Positions 20,053 to 29,754 of a stretch of DNA of 64,000 nucleotides are shown here, one piece after another; the first letter of the stretch is position 1; the number at the start of each line of letters is the position of its first letter. The stretch lies in assembly GCA_964511945.1 (NCBI GenBank), contig CAZEHO010000004.1:41193-105192 (forward strand). Reading direction: 5' to 3'. The stretch comes from an uncultured Acidimicrobiia bacterium. GTDB lineage: Bacteria > Actinomycetota > Acidimicrobiia > Spongiisociales > UBA11373. The notes below the pieces were generated by a model that searched no databases, was not told the DNA's origin, and saw nothing but the letters and a program-made list of their open reading frames with translations. The position numbers were made by a program, and so were the translations under genes.

Positions 20053-21567
20053 TCAGCTGCGCCGGATCGCAGCGTCGTCCGGCGAGAAGGGAGGCGGGGG
20101 TACCAGCAGTGCCTCTGATGGGTCGATCGCCGGAAGCTCGTTCTCGATCACCGCGGGCTGCTCGGGGCGTTGCTTCCCGGTCAGGATCGGGGACTCGCGG
20201 TACTGCACAACCGGCTCGGATTGGTCGCCGAGCGGCACTTCGACGACGAACGAGGTCCATCCCTTGACGCGCTCGTAACGGACCGACCCGCCCATGCCCT
20301 CCGACAGCGCCTGAACAATCGACAGGCCGAGCCCAACGGAGCCAAGGACCAGCGGCATGGTGCCCTCGTGGAGGAACCGCTCGAACAGGCGGGCCTCCAA
20401 CTCGGCAGGAATCCCATCCCCATCGTCCCGAACCCGGAGTTCGTACCAGCCCTTGGTCGGCCGGCCGATCACCTGGATCGTCGGCCCCCCGTACTTGGCG
20501 GCGTTGGACAGCAGATTACGCACCACCTGGCGGAGGCGGAGCCGGTCGGCGTGGACCAGTGCCGGATGGCAGTCCACGTCAATCTCGACGCCGTTGCGAC
20601 GCAACGGTTCGATGGTCTCCCGAACCTCGTCGAGCACGCCCAGGTTCTCCACCTGGAAGTGGAGGGCACCGGCATCGAGGCGGGCCGTCGTCAGGAGGTC
20701 GTCGACCATGCGGTTCAGGTCGTGCGCCTCCCCGATGATCAAGCTCACCATCTCCGCCGCGGGCGGCGACGACATGACGATCTCGTCCTCTTCGAGGATG
20801 TGGGCCAGTCCGATGATCGAGGTGAGTGGTGTCCGCAGTTCGTGTGATGCATTTGCGACGAACTCGTCCCGGGCCTTGCCGATCTCCTGCTCACTCTCCA
20901 GCCTCACCTCCAGCTCGGCCTGACGAGTACGGCGCCGGGAGAGCTCGTGATACACCAGGATCACGCTGGTCGGCACGAGGAAGGCAACCAGGAACCGGGC
21001 GATGTCACCAATCCGGCCCATCACATCGCTCGAGGCGGCGATCGACGCCGCCCGCTCGTTCCGCTCGGCGATGATGGAGCTGACGGCGCTCCGGTAGCGC
21101 TCCTCGAGTGATCCGGCAGCGGTGGCTGCTGCGGTTTCCGAATCGCCCTCGGCGGCGGAGCCAAGCACGAGGGTCGCAGAGTCGATAAACCATCGAGAGG
21201 TGTCGGCGACCGCAGGGCGATCCTCCAGGTCCTGCAGCGCAGCCTCCAGGTCCTTGATCGCGGTCACCGCTTCGCCGACCGCCGCAGCCAGGGCGTCATC
21301 GGTATCAACCCCGAATTGGTCCCGGAGTGAGGCCAGGTGGGCGGCCAGGCCCGTTTGGAACCGGGCGGTCGAGATCGCCCGCAGTGCCTCGTCGGCATTG
21401 TGCAGGGCTTCAGCTTCCCGGGCGACGCCCTGGGAACCGAACGCAATCGAGAACACCAGCGCAAATACCAGGATGACGGCAACGCCGATCCCGACGGCGA
21501 GCGCGCCAAAGCGAGCGGCCCGTCGCGAACCGCGCCGCGAGCGCGTGGAGCGGAATGCCTTCGGCAT
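20053..21567 (-). CDS. Membrane sensor histidine kinase (no adjacent response regulator)
   Basis: Two TM segments, H-box FVANASHELRTPLTSI, N-box NLLSNAAKY, DDGDGI, GLGLSIV. Confidence 0.95.
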   Translation of the reverse strand: MPKAFRSTRSRRGSRRAARFGALAVGIGVAVILVFALVFSIAFGSQGVAREAEALHNADEALRAISTARFQTGLAAHLASLRDQFGVDTDDALAAAVGEAVTAIKDLEAALQDLEDRPAVADTSRWFIDSATLVLGSAAEGDSETAAATAAGSLEERYRSAVSSIIAERNERAASIAASSDVMGRIGDIARFLVAFLVPTSVILVYHELSRRRTRQAELEVRLESEQEIGKARDEFVANASHELRTPLTSIIGLAHILEEDEIVMSSPPAAEMVSLIIGEAHDLNRMVDDLLTTARLDAGALHFQVENLGVLDEVRETIEPLRRNGVEIDVDCHPALVHADRLRLRQVVRNLLSNAAKYGGPTIQVIGRPTKGWYELRVRDDGDGIPAELEARLFERFLHEGTMPLVLGSVGLGLSIVQALSEGMGGSVRYERVKGWTSFVVEVPLGDQSEPVVQYRESPILTGKQRPEQPAVIENELPAIDPSEALLVPPPPFSPDDAAIRRS

Positions 21568-21577
21568 ATCCCCATAT

Positions 21578-21605
21578 CCGTCGGTCCGCAGGCTGCTCGG
21601 GTTGA
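21578..21605 (-). promoter_or_regulatory. Putative sigma28/WhiG-type promoter of the histidine kinase
   Basis: Minus strand TCAA-N16-ACCGACGG, 10 nt before ATG 21567. Confidence 0.6.
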
Positions 21606-21609
21606 GGAA

Positions 21610-22734
21610 TCAGCTTCCCGGCTTGGCCACGGGGAATCGGAGCATTGCGCCGACGCGTTGCGGAGCCAGCTTGGTATCGGCCGTCAGATAGCGAACCGTC
21701 CCGCCATCACTCCTGGTCGCCTCGGCGAGCGCATCGGCCAGATCGGGGACGACACGCATGTCGCTCCCGCAGGCCGCGCACGCCCCGGCCTTGTCGTCGA
21801 GCAGGCCACACTCCGGGCACCGCGCCCCCGGGGTAAGGTCGATGACGTCGAGCAGCAGCGTGTCGATGCCTCGTTGGTTGGCGGCCCGGAGGCAATGGTC
21901 GAAACCGAGAGCGGCCCGGCCACCGGCGCCTGCCGCGTCGAGCAGGTCGGCCACCATCTCCTCGTCGATATTCTGCTCGTACTCGGCGACGAGCGCCCGG
22001 CACGTCGACCTGATGTCCGAGGGTCCGGCGGTGCCGGGATCCACGACGAAAGTCCCCGCCAATGCTGCCTCCAGATCGGACGGCAGCTCGTTGGCCAGCC
22101 CCGCAACGTTCGATTGCTGGCCGCCGATGATGAGCAGCTCGAACCCTCCACTCCGGTAGAGATCGGCGAGCCGAGCCGTGACCGAACGGAAGAGACGCTG
22201 GGCGACGGCCTCGGCGTGACCCCGGGTCCGCTGCTCGTCGTACCCGGCGAATCCGCCGTAGTTGTCCTTGCGGACCTCCTCCTCGCCGATCTGCTCCCAG
22301 GTCTCGAGTTCGCCCATGTAGAACCGGTAGATCCAGGCATTGCGCCGATCGACCACCACGGAACAGAAGCGGTGGAACTGCGCCAGCATCGCCTCCATGG
22401 GGCCCAGGTACGGGCTGGTGTCCACGATCGCCCGATCACGCACCCCGGTGGGAAGGCTGACGTGTTCCTCCATGCCCGACTCGGATCCGACAAAAAGCGC
22501 CAGACCACGTCCGAGGTCACCGCCGGCACGTTCGGCGAGCGCGACCACACGGTCGAGGTCGTTCCGCAGCCGCCGGCTCGTAGCCTCCTCGCGCAAGGGC
22601 TGGACGATGGCCTTGACCCGGGTGCCGATCGTCCGCAACTGATCAAGGTCGGGACGAAGACCCAGGTAGACCGAGACCACAGGACCGGCGGCGGGCGCGT
22701 TCCGGAGACGATCTACCACGCTTCGATCGAGCAC
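21610..22734 (-). CDS. Bacterial eRF1/Vms1-like release factor homologue (baeRF10-like) with Zn ribbon
   Basis: VVSVYL, GRGLALF, VVVDRRNAWIY, LIIGG, eRF1 domain-3-like region containing CPECG...CAACG; RBS GGAGG before GTG. Confidence 0.8.
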   Translation of the reverse strand: MLDRSVVDRLRNAPAAGPVVSVYLGLRPDLDQLRTIGTRVKAIVQPLREEATSRRLRNDLDRVVALAERAGGDLGRGLALFVGSESGMEEHVSLPTGVRDRAIVDTSPYLGPMEAMLAQFHRFCSVVVDRRNAWIYRFYMGELETWEQIGEEEVRKDNYGGFAGYDEQRTRGHAEAVAQRLFRSVTARLADLYRSGGFELLIIGGQQSNVAGLANELPSDLEAALAGTFVVDPGTAGPSDIRSTCRALVAEYEQNIDEEMVADLLDAAGAGGRAALGFDHCLRAANQRGIDTLLLDVIDLTPGARCPECGLLDDKAGACAACGSDMRVVPDLADALAEATRSDGGTVRYLTADTKLAPQRVGAMLRFPVAKPGS

Positions 22735-22763
22735 GGCACCTCCCTCTGTGCTGCATACTCAGC

Positions 22764-23684
22764 CTACGCGGGTGGCTCCGGGTTGGGACCGCTGCCCCGG
22801 CGGCGGCGCAGGATCACCCACCCACCGGCTCCGAGCAGACCGAGGAGCAGGGGAATGTGAAGGTTCGACCCGAGGACCAGCGCACCGGCCCTGCGGAGTG
22901 AGGGCGCGGCGGCAGCACCACCTCCACCGGGATCGAGCGCCCAGGCGCCGAGCCGGAACATCGCGGCAAAGCCCAACCCTCCGAGAGCAGTGCGAACGGC
23001 CAGGCTGCGAGCGATCCGCCGTCGATCGGACGCCAGCAGGAGTGCGGCTCCGGCCAGCCCCGCGGCGGAGACCGCTGCGACCACGGCGGCCGTCCGGAGC
23101 GCAGACCCGGCACCCACCAGGCCACTCCCCACCGGGGAAGCCTCACCAGTCTCGAGTTCGATGGGGCGTGCAGCCTCCACTCCCACCCGGATCACCTCTG
23201 CCACTTCCTGCTCACCGATGCGTTCGGCGGCCGCTTCAAGCTCGGGCAGCACCGCCCGCAGGTGCGCTTCGAGGTCGATGACGACGATCTCCCCGGGCGG
23301 AGCGAGTGCCGCTGCGACCAGATCGCCGACGACACGTTCGATGAGCTCCAGCGCCGCCGGCTCGGCGAGCACGGCCTGCAGCGGTGCCCGAACGTCGGCG
23401 GGGACGGATCCGAGGTCGTCGCCGGCCGCCTCGAGGAGCCAGTCGACCACCCGGTCGGAAACCGCAGCAGCCCCGGCGGCTTCGGTGGCCGCCTCCTCGA
23501 CGACCGGTTGATCGACCGTCACCGCCCGGCCCCAGAGTCCGACCAGCATCACTGTGATCGAGAGCCCATACAGCCACAGCATGACGCTGAGCGAGCCCGT
23601 TCGCAGGGCGCGTCTCCAGGCCGCCGACGGCGGCGGTGCGGCGGCGTCTGGATCCAGACGCGGCTGATCGAACGTGGCAACCAC
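22764..23684 (-). CDS. Hypothetical membrane protein
   Basis: One N-terminal and about three C-terminal TM segments flanking a helical acidic domain; start inferred. Confidence 0.65.
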   Translation of the reverse strand: MVATFDQPRLDPDAAAPPPSAAWRRALRTGSLSVMLWLYGLSITVMLVGLWGRAVTVDQPVVEEAATEAAGAAAVSDRVVDWLLEAAGDDLGSVPADVRAPLQAVLAEPAALELIERVVGDLVAAALAPPGEIVVIDLEAHLRAVLPELEAAAERIGEQEVAEVIRVGVEAARPIELETGEASPVGSGLVGAGSALRTAAVVAAVSAAGLAGAALLLASDRRRIARSLAVRTALGGLGFAAMFRLGAWALDPGGGGAAAAPSLRRAGALVLGSNLHIPLLLGLLGAGGWVILRRRRGSGPNPEPPA

Positions 23685-23816
23685 ACGACTCCGATGCTTT
23701 GGCCCAACCCCATGGTTCCCGGAACCGGCCGCAACGCCCACAGGAACCTGACAGTGCTCTCAGACTGAGTGACCCGATTCAGTTTTTTGGACCCGGCGCG
23801 CGAAGCTGGAAGCCTC

Positions 23817-24809
23817 ATGCAGACACCACGACTCTTCTCCATCCTTCCTGAGTACTGCGTCACCCCCGACGGCATGGCCATCGAGCCGGAGAGTGGTGAC
23901 CTCATCGTCTCCGCGCCCAATTTCGCCGATCCCAGCTGGCCGGGCTGCCTGCTGCGGTTCGACCAGGATCGCAACGTTCGCAAGTGGGTCGACGTCCCCA
24001 CTCACCCCGGGACCGGCCTCGCCCATCCCATGGGGATTGAATTCGGTCCCGACGGTGACCTCTACGTATGTGACAACCAGGGCTGGTCGGGCAAGCCCGA
24101 ACTGCAGTTCAAGAGCCGCATGCTCCGGCTCCGGATTCGTAACGACGAGGTCGTGAATTGCACCGTGGTGGCCGAGGGGATGGAGCATCCGAACGGCATC
24201 CGGATCCGGGACGAGTACATGTACGTCACCCAGAGCTTCCTCACCAAGGTCGACCACCCGAGCGGGCTGCTGACGAGCTGCGTGTACCGCTTCGGCCTCG
24301 ACGAAGAGGGCGTGCAGGTGACCAACACGCTGGCGGATCCCCACATCCTGGCGACCTTCGTGACCTGGAACGAGGACGATCAGTACGGCGCCGACGGCAT
24401 CGTGTTCGACGCCAACGGGGACCTGCTGGTGGGGAATTTCGGCGACGGAGCCGTTCACAAGATCGTGATGGACGACGACGGCAACGTTCTGTCCAACGAG
24501 GTCTGGGCCAAGGACCTCGACCAGATGCAGGTGACAGACGGGATGATCCTCGACCCGGACACCGGCAACGTGTACGTGGCCGACTTCTCACCGAATGCCA
24601 TTGCGATGCTGTCGCCGGACGGCACCGTCACCCGGATTGCGCAGAGCCCAGACTCAGACGGCACGAACGGCGAACTCGACCAACCCGGCGAGCCGATCAT
24701 CTGGCAGGGCAAGCTGGTCATTACCTGCTTCGACCTGGTGACCGGGCCGTCGAAGGTCAACACCGGCCACCAACTGCCGGCAACGATGTCCGAGCTGGAT
24801 CTGGAGTAG
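23817..24809 (+). CDS. SMP-30/gluconolactonase/LRE-family beta-propeller protein
   Basis: Repeated PDGMAI, PMGIEFGPDGDLYVCD, PNGI, ADGIVFD..GDLLV, TDGM..D...GNVYVAD. Confidence 0.85.
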   Translation: MQTPRLFSILPEYCVTPDGMAIEPESGDLIVSAPNFADPSWPGCLLRFDQDRNVRKWVDVPTHPGTGLAHPMGIEFGPDGDLYVCDNQGWSGKPELQFKSRMLRLRIRNDEVVNCTVVAEGMEHPNGIRIRDEYMYVTQSFLTKVDHPSGLLTSCVYRFGLDEEGVQVTNTLADPHILATFVTWNEDDQYGADGIVFDANGDLLVGNFGDGAVHKIVMDDDGNVLSNEVWAKDLDQMQVTDGMILDPDTGNVYVADFSPNAIAMLSPDGTVTRIAQSPDSDGTNGELDQPGEPIIWQGKLVITCFDLVTGPSKVNTGHQLPATMSELDLE

Positions 24810-24908
24810 GAACCACCGACGGGCCCAATCGGGACTGACGGCCCTAGACCCGCGCCCTTCACATCGGTTTGATGGATCCGACACGGATTCCCATCAGGGG
24901 GGAACACG

Positions 24909-25394
24909 ATGGTGTCCAGTGACGCCGCCGGGACCGGCGGGTTCATTCCCCGCACGGTGCTGCCGACGCACAATCTGACCCGGTACCTGCGCCTCAAGAT
25001 GGAGGTCAACGACGGAGTCCTGCGGTGGGAGGTGCCGCGGGCCCTGTTCGGGATCATCCCGATCGGCACCCACCGGTTGGCACTGCCGGTGGCCGAGGTC
25101 GAGTCGGCCACGATCGGACGGGCGGCCCGCCCCCTGCTGCTCGTGCTCGGCCTCGCCGCCATCGCAGTCCCGCCGTTCTTCACGCCGTGGTGGGTGATGG
25201 TCCCGATGATCCTCCTCGGCGTCTGGCTGACCCTGGTGTCGCTCGGGCCCCGGCTCGAGGTCTGGACGGTGACGGGCGAAAGACACAGGGCCCCGGTGTG
25301 TTTCGGACACCAGTTCGATGCCGACCTGTTTGCCGAAGCGGTGGTGCTCACTGCGCAGGAGGCGCGCGCCGGGGTGCAGCCCGACGACGGCTGA
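24909..25394 (+). CDS. Hypothetical membrane protein
   Basis: 161 aa, central TM hairpin, typical codon usage. Confidence 0.65.
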   Translation: MVSSDAAGTGGFIPRTVLPTHNLTRYLRLKMEVNDGVLRWEVPRALFGIIPIGTHRLALPVAEVESATIGRAARPLLLVLGLAAIAVPPFFTPWWVMVPMILLGVWLTLVSLGPRLEVWTVTGERHRAPVCFGHQFDADLFAEAVVLTAQEARAGVQPDDG

Positions 25395-25430
25395 ACCACC
25401 GTCGCCCCACTCCGGCGGTTGGGAGCCAGC

Positions 25431-25870
25431 GTGGACATGTCGACCAGCACCGTGATCGCTCGGACACCCGAGGACGTCTTCGCCTACGTGATGAAGACTG
25501 CTCATGACGCCGAATGACGCACCGGCGTCGTGGAGGCGGCATTGACGTCGGAGGGACTCATGGCCGTCGGCTCCACCGGATTCAACCGGGCCGAATCGGG
25601 CAACCCCTCGATCACTTCGCACTGGTGGGTCACCGAGCCCCGCGAGGGTGAGCTGGTCCGGTGGGAGCTGGTGGATGGCCCATTTGTCGGGACCGGTGGA
25701 TACCGCTGCGAGCCGCTGGACGGCGGCACCCGATTCACCCTCGAATCCGCGGTCGGCCCGACCGGCGTCTACCGGTTGGTCGGCCCCCTCTTCCGCATCA
25801 TGGGCCGGCGGCAGAACCGGTAGGACGTCGCGAAGCTCAAGGCGCTCCTCGAGCGGCAGCGGCCCGAGTC
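25431..25870 (+). pseudogene. SRPBCC (polyketide cyclase-like) pseudogene
   Basis: MDMSTSTVIARTPEDVFAYV..HDAE*RTGV...GGTRFT...RQNR*DVAKLKALLE; in-frame TGA at 25515-25517 (conserved Trp position) and TAG at 25821-25823; 3' end approximate. Confidence 0.75.
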
Positions 25871-25879
25871 GGCCTACGG

Positions 25880-26275
25880 AATCCCGGTGAAGCGGACGGC
25901 ATATTCATCCCAGCCGAGACCGGTGGACCGGGAAGATCTGCGAGGAGTTGCGGCAATATCCCGGCGTACTTGAGGATGGCCCGGGCCGCAATCCGGTGCC
26001 TCAGGAGCGGTCCGTCCGCCACCTCGCCGTAGCCGCTCCAGAAGTCCTCGAGATCAATCGTCCTGACCGCGGAACTGGTGCATGAACAGTGAAATGAACT
26101 CGTGGTCGGCGGGCCCGGTGCCGGCGTCATTCCAGTCGATCAGCGACCACGCCCCGCCGGGTGACCGGAGGAGTTTGATCGACGAGAGATCTCCGTGGAG
26201 GGTGGTGTCGCCGGCGGCGAGGTCTCCGACCGCCTCGACGCACGCCGCGGCGCCGGCGGTGAGATCCACGACGGC
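25880..26275 (-). pseudogene. Aminoglycoside/choline phosphotransferase-family remnant
   Basis: LHGDL...LIDW.DA..GP...EF motifs, frame change near 26055 into DFWSGYG; N-terminal lobe missing; boundaries approximate. Confidence 0.6.
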
Positions 26276-26279
26276 GGTG

Positions 26280-26738
26280 CTACCCGATGAGGGCGTGGAC
26301 GAGGCCGTCCTGTACCTGGCCGAGCACGTGCAGGAGCAGCATCTGCGGTGGAGCGCCCTCGGGTTCGACGTCGGTTTCCCACCCGTCCTCGGTGATGTTC
26401 AACCGCGACGCCAGTACCAGCCTCGCCTCACCGATGACCCGCGTCCACGCCTCGGCCTCCTCGAAGTCGAGCAGGTCCTTGCGCAGCGTGTCGGCAAAGC
26501 GCCTCCTGTCCTCGGCCCGGGCTTCCTCCAGCAGACCGGCGGTGAGGCTGCGGAACCGGTCGTCTGCCTCCGGATCGTCGGGATGAGCCCGATAGGACAG
26601 CCGCTCGACGGCGGGGTCGTCCGAGCGATCGATGTCCAGATCCTCCAGGATCTGCAGGGCCAGTGCCGCTACCCGGCGCTCCTGCTCACCAAGGAGCACT
26701 TCGATCCCGCCGGCGCGGCGGATGAATCCGAGTGTCAC
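26280..26738 (-). CDS. DUF2017 family protein
   Basis: GTGA overlap with clpS; DPAVERL..AHPDD...FRSLT, AEAW..IGEARLVLASRL. Confidence 0.85.
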   Translation of the reverse strand: MTLGFIRRAGGIEVLLGEQERRVAALALQILEDLDIDRSDDPAVERLSYRAHPDDPEADDRFRSLTAGLLEEARAEDRRRFADTLRKDLLDFEEAEAWTRVIGEARLVLASRLNITEDGWETDVEPEGAPPQMLLLHVLGQVQDGLVHALIG

Positions 26739-27025
26739 GCCTTCTCCAGTGTTGCCCAGAGCCCGTAGTGGTGGAGCCGGTGGCAATCCGATTCGACCTT
26801 CTCGAGGGTCCCGCTGGCCACTACCGCCCGGCCTTCGTGATGGACCTGGAGCATCAGCTCCGTCGCCTTCTCCATCGAGTACCCAAAGAGCTTGCGAAAC
26901 ACGAACACCACATACGTCATCAGGTTGACCGGGTCGTTCCAGACCACGACTTGCCAGGGGCGCAACGCATCCGGGAGTTCCCCGGTTTCGGGGAGATCGA
27001 CCCGGTCGGGCGCAGACGTCGTCAC
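26735..27025 (-). CDS. clpS: ATP-dependent Clp protease adaptor ClpS
   Basis: WQVVVWNDPVNLMTYVVFVFRKLFG, MLQVHHEGRAVV, LHHYGLWATL. Confidence 0.95.
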   Translation of the reverse strand: MTTSAPDRVDLPETGELPDALRPWQVVVWNDPVNLMTYVVFVFRKLFGYSMEKATELMLQVHHEGRAVVASGTLEKVESDCHRLHHYGLWATLEKA

Positions 27026-27246
27026 AGAATGGGGTCGCGCCGGCGCACCGACGCCCCAAAGCGCTGTGCATTCAGCCAGTCCTCGAAGTCCTGGCGGGCG
27101 ACGCGCCACTCCCGGCCCATCTTGATCCCGGGCAGCTCTCCCGAGCGCAATACCCGGGTGACGACAAAAGTCGAGACATCCATGTACTCACAGATATCGG
27201 CGACGGACAGCCAGTCCTTGCTGAGATCGACCGTGATCCGCTCCAT
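27022..27246 (-). CDS. Excisionase-like (HTH_17/MerR-type) small DNA-binding protein
   Basis: WLSVADICEYMDVSTFVVTRVLRSGELPGIKMGREWRV; stop overlaps the clpS start. Confidence 0.88.
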   Translation of the reverse strand: MERITVDLSKDWLSVADICEYMDVSTFVVTRVLRSGELPGIKMGREWRVARQDFEDWLNAQRFGASVRRRDPIL

Positions 27247-27308
27247 GCCGACAGGGTATGGGACCGGAGGCCACCCCGGCAAGGGCGTCGCGTACACTGG
27301 CCACTCGT

Positions 27309-27944
27309 ATGGCCCAATCCAAGAAACGCAAGCCGAGCAAGCCGTCGTCCGCCGAAGCTCAACAGCAGCGTGAGGAGGCCCGCCGTAAGGCGGCCGCCGA
27401 GAGGCGCTCTCGGGAGGCGGCCGAGAAGAAGCGCAAGGAGCGGATCGAGCGGGTCCGCAAGCTGATCACGCCGACCCTGGCCGTGATCGCCGTGTTCGTT
27501 CTGTCGATCATGATCATCCGGCCGGCTCCCGAGGTACGGGGTATTGCCACCGCCGACGAGGTCGAGGGCAGGGCCCTGGCCGCCGATGAGACCCACGACT
27601 ACGGCACCGCCACCCCGACCAGCGGGCCGTACTCGCCGGACCCGCCGGTGTGCGGAGTCTTCGCCGAGCAGGTAGCCGCCGAGGATGCCGTTGCCGCGCA
27701 ACGAGTCGGAGCGGTAGTGCTGTGGTACTCCGATCCCGCCGTCGCCGACGAGCTCACCGAGTACGCCGGCGGTTTCGAGTCGCACGTGATCGTCTCCCCC
27801 AACGCCGGGATCGAGGATCCGATCGTGGCCACGGCATGGATCCGCCGGAAGGCTTACGACACGGTGGCCGAGGTCATCGACGACGATTTTGCCGGGGTGT
27901 ACCGCCTGCAGAGAGACGTCGAGGGCGACTGCCCCTTCCAGTAG
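27309..27944 (+). CDS. DUF3105-like membrane-anchored protein
   Basis: Basic helical N-terminus, one TM, PTSGP..P..CG, GAVVLWY, IVSP, IVATAW. Confidence 0.75.
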   Translation: MAQSKKRKPSKPSSAEAQQQREEARRKAAAERRSREAAEKKRKERIERVRKLITPTLAVIAVFVLSIMIIRPAPEVRGIATADEVEGRALAADETHDYGTATPTSGPYSPDPPVCGVFAEQVAAEDAVAAQRVGAVVLWYSDPAVADELTEYAGGFESHVIVSPNAGIEDPIVATAWIRRKAYDTVAEVIDDDFAGVYRLQRDVEGDCPFQ

Positions 27945-28119
27945 GGGATCCGATCAGCCGGCCGGGAGCAGTGCGACCGGGGTGCTAGTGGCGGCGCGGT
28001 CGGCACCATCGCCGCCGCCGGCAGCAGGGCTCCCCCAGCAACTACGGAGAGGTCGTGCATTCCCACCGCGCGTAGTGATCCTGCTGCAACGCCTCCGGGC
28101 CGAGAGCGCGAAAAACGAT

Positions 28120-28156
28120 TCAAGTTTCGAGTGACTAGTGCCGAAGGACTAGTCAC
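28120..28156 (+). promoter_or_regulatory. Putative sigma28/WhiG-type promoter, -10 enclosed by a 9-bp inverted repeat
   Basis: TCAA(GTTT)-N16-GCCGAAGG; GTGACTAGT (28131-28139) and ACTAGTCAC (28148-28156). Confidence 0.65.
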
Positions 28157-28165
28157 AAGAACAAC

Positions 28166-29137
28166 ATGCTTGAGATTCCCACCCGAATGAGCGCCCGGGT
28201 GCCGGACCGGACACCGGTCCGTCTGCCCATTCCGGCCGGATGGCTTCCGTGGCTGACGCCACTGCTCGGCATCGCCGCGGTCACGCTGATCGCCGTCGCC
28301 GATTGGTTCACCGGCCCCACCGTGTCGCTGGAGATGCTCTATGCGATCGCGGTAATGGCTGCTGCCTGGCTCGGCGGTGCCCGCCAGGGGATTCTGGCGG
28401 CGGGCGTTGCCGGCGCCGACAGCCTCGCGGCGCACGCCCTTCGGCTCGAACCGATCATGGTCACCCCCGGGACCCTGTGGAACGCCGGGACCCGGTTTAC
28501 TGCCCTGGCTCTGATCGCCGCGGTCGTCGGACGGCTGCGGGCGGTCCTGCTCGAACAGCGGCACCACGCGATGACTGACCCCCTGACCGGTGCGCTGAAT
28601 CGGCGGGCCTTCCAGATGGCAGCCGAGCGGGAGCGCCAACGCTCACGGCGGGAACACACTCCCCTGACACTCGCCTATCTGGACCTGGATGGGTTCAAGT
28701 CGGTGAACGACCGGCTCGGGCACGCGGTGGGCGATGCGATGCTCACCCGCTTTGCCGACACGATCACCCGGACGATTCGCGGCAGCGACCTGCTGTGCCG
28801 CATCGGCGGAGATGAATTTACCGTGCTGCTCCCGGCGACCGATGCCCGCAGTGCGGTGGTCGTGCTCAACCGGATTCGCAGCGTCCTCGCCGAGCGCTGT
28901 GCCAGTTGCCCGGATCAGACGATGACGGCTTCGATCGGCATCGCCACGTTCCATGAGGCCCCCGAGACGGTCGGAGAGATGGTCGCCCAGGCCGACCGGC
29001 TCATGTACCGGGCGAAGGCCAACGGCAAGGATCGGATCGTCGGATCGGTGATCTCGGGAAGTTGGCGTCGCTGGGGTGACCGGACCCGCGCCGATGCCGC
29101 AGGTGTCAGCGCCGATTTCCGGGCGATCTCCGGCTAG
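28166..29137 (+). CDS. Membrane diguanylate cyclase (GGDEF)
   Basis: ~4 TM helices, DPLTGALNRR, DLDGFKSVND, RGSD I-site five residues before an intact GGDEF. Confidence 0.93.
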   Translation: MLEIPTRMSARVPDRTPVRLPIPAGWLPWLTPLLGIAAVTLIAVADWFTGPTVSLEMLYAIAVMAAAWLGGARQGILAAGVAGADSLAAHALRLEPIMVTPGTLWNAGTRFTALALIAAVVGRLRAVLLEQRHHAMTDPLTGALNRRAFQMAAERERQRSRREHTPLTLAYLDLDGFKSVNDRLGHAVGDAMLTRFADTITRTIRGSDLLCRIGGDEFTVLLPATDARSAVVVLNRIRSVLAERCASCPDQTMTASIGIATFHEAPETVGEMVAQADRLMYRAKANGKDRIVGSVISGSWRRWGDRTRADAAGVSADFRAISG

Positions 29138-29598
29138 CCGGCGGCGCGTCGCCGCCGCACCACTCCCACCACGAAAGCCACCAACGCCGCCACCAATGCG
29201 GCGGCCTTCACCGAGGCAAAAACGGTGGTGATGGCAGCCACCGCTCCGGACGGGTTCGTTGAATCCGAGAGCAGCACAAGGATGCCGACGTTCTCGAGCG
29301 CATCGCACAGCGCCGCCAGTGGGGCCAACCAGACCAGCACGGATCCTGACCCGAGCGCCCAGCGAAGTGCGCCGGTAACCCCGAGGCCGAGCACCGCGAT
29401 GAAGAGGTAGTCGACCGCCGTCTGGGCGCGAGCCGCCCCGAGGTCCCATCCGGCCATGGCTGCTGCAGCATTCTCGGAGCTGCCGGCGAACTCGAGGTCG
29501 AGAATCTCGGACCCCGGTGCGATCAACCCGAGCACGATGAATACCGCCACCGCAGCGGCCAGCAGGTACGGCCAGAACCGATCAACCCGATCGAGCAT
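29134..29598 (-). CDS. Hypothetical membrane protein
   Basis: 4 TM segments, DYLFI..., AALCDALEN, FASVK. Confidence 0.7.
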   Translation of the reverse strand: MLDRVDRFWPYLLAAAVAVFIVLGLIAPGSEILDLEFAGSSENAAAAMAGWDLGAARAQTAVDYLFIAVLGLGVTGALRWALGSGSVLVWLAPLAALCDALENVGILVLLSDSTNPSGAVAAITTVFASVKAAALVAALVAFVVGVVRRRRAAG

Positions 29599-29754
29599 GC
29601 CTGGAGTCTCGCGTGTTCGGGCCGGCCGTGCCCGGTGTCGCGAAATCCTCCGCTGACGGACCTCTTGAGACGCGGTGGCCGGAGTGATACGACGGTGCCA
29701 TCCACCTGCCGCGGCGGCAGCGACTTCCCGTGGTGGACCCGGAGGAGGGAGACG

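Noticed and set aside
27022-27246. Excisionase as evidence of a prophage or ICE
   Set aside because: No integrase, att site or phage genes; it is coupled to a core operon.
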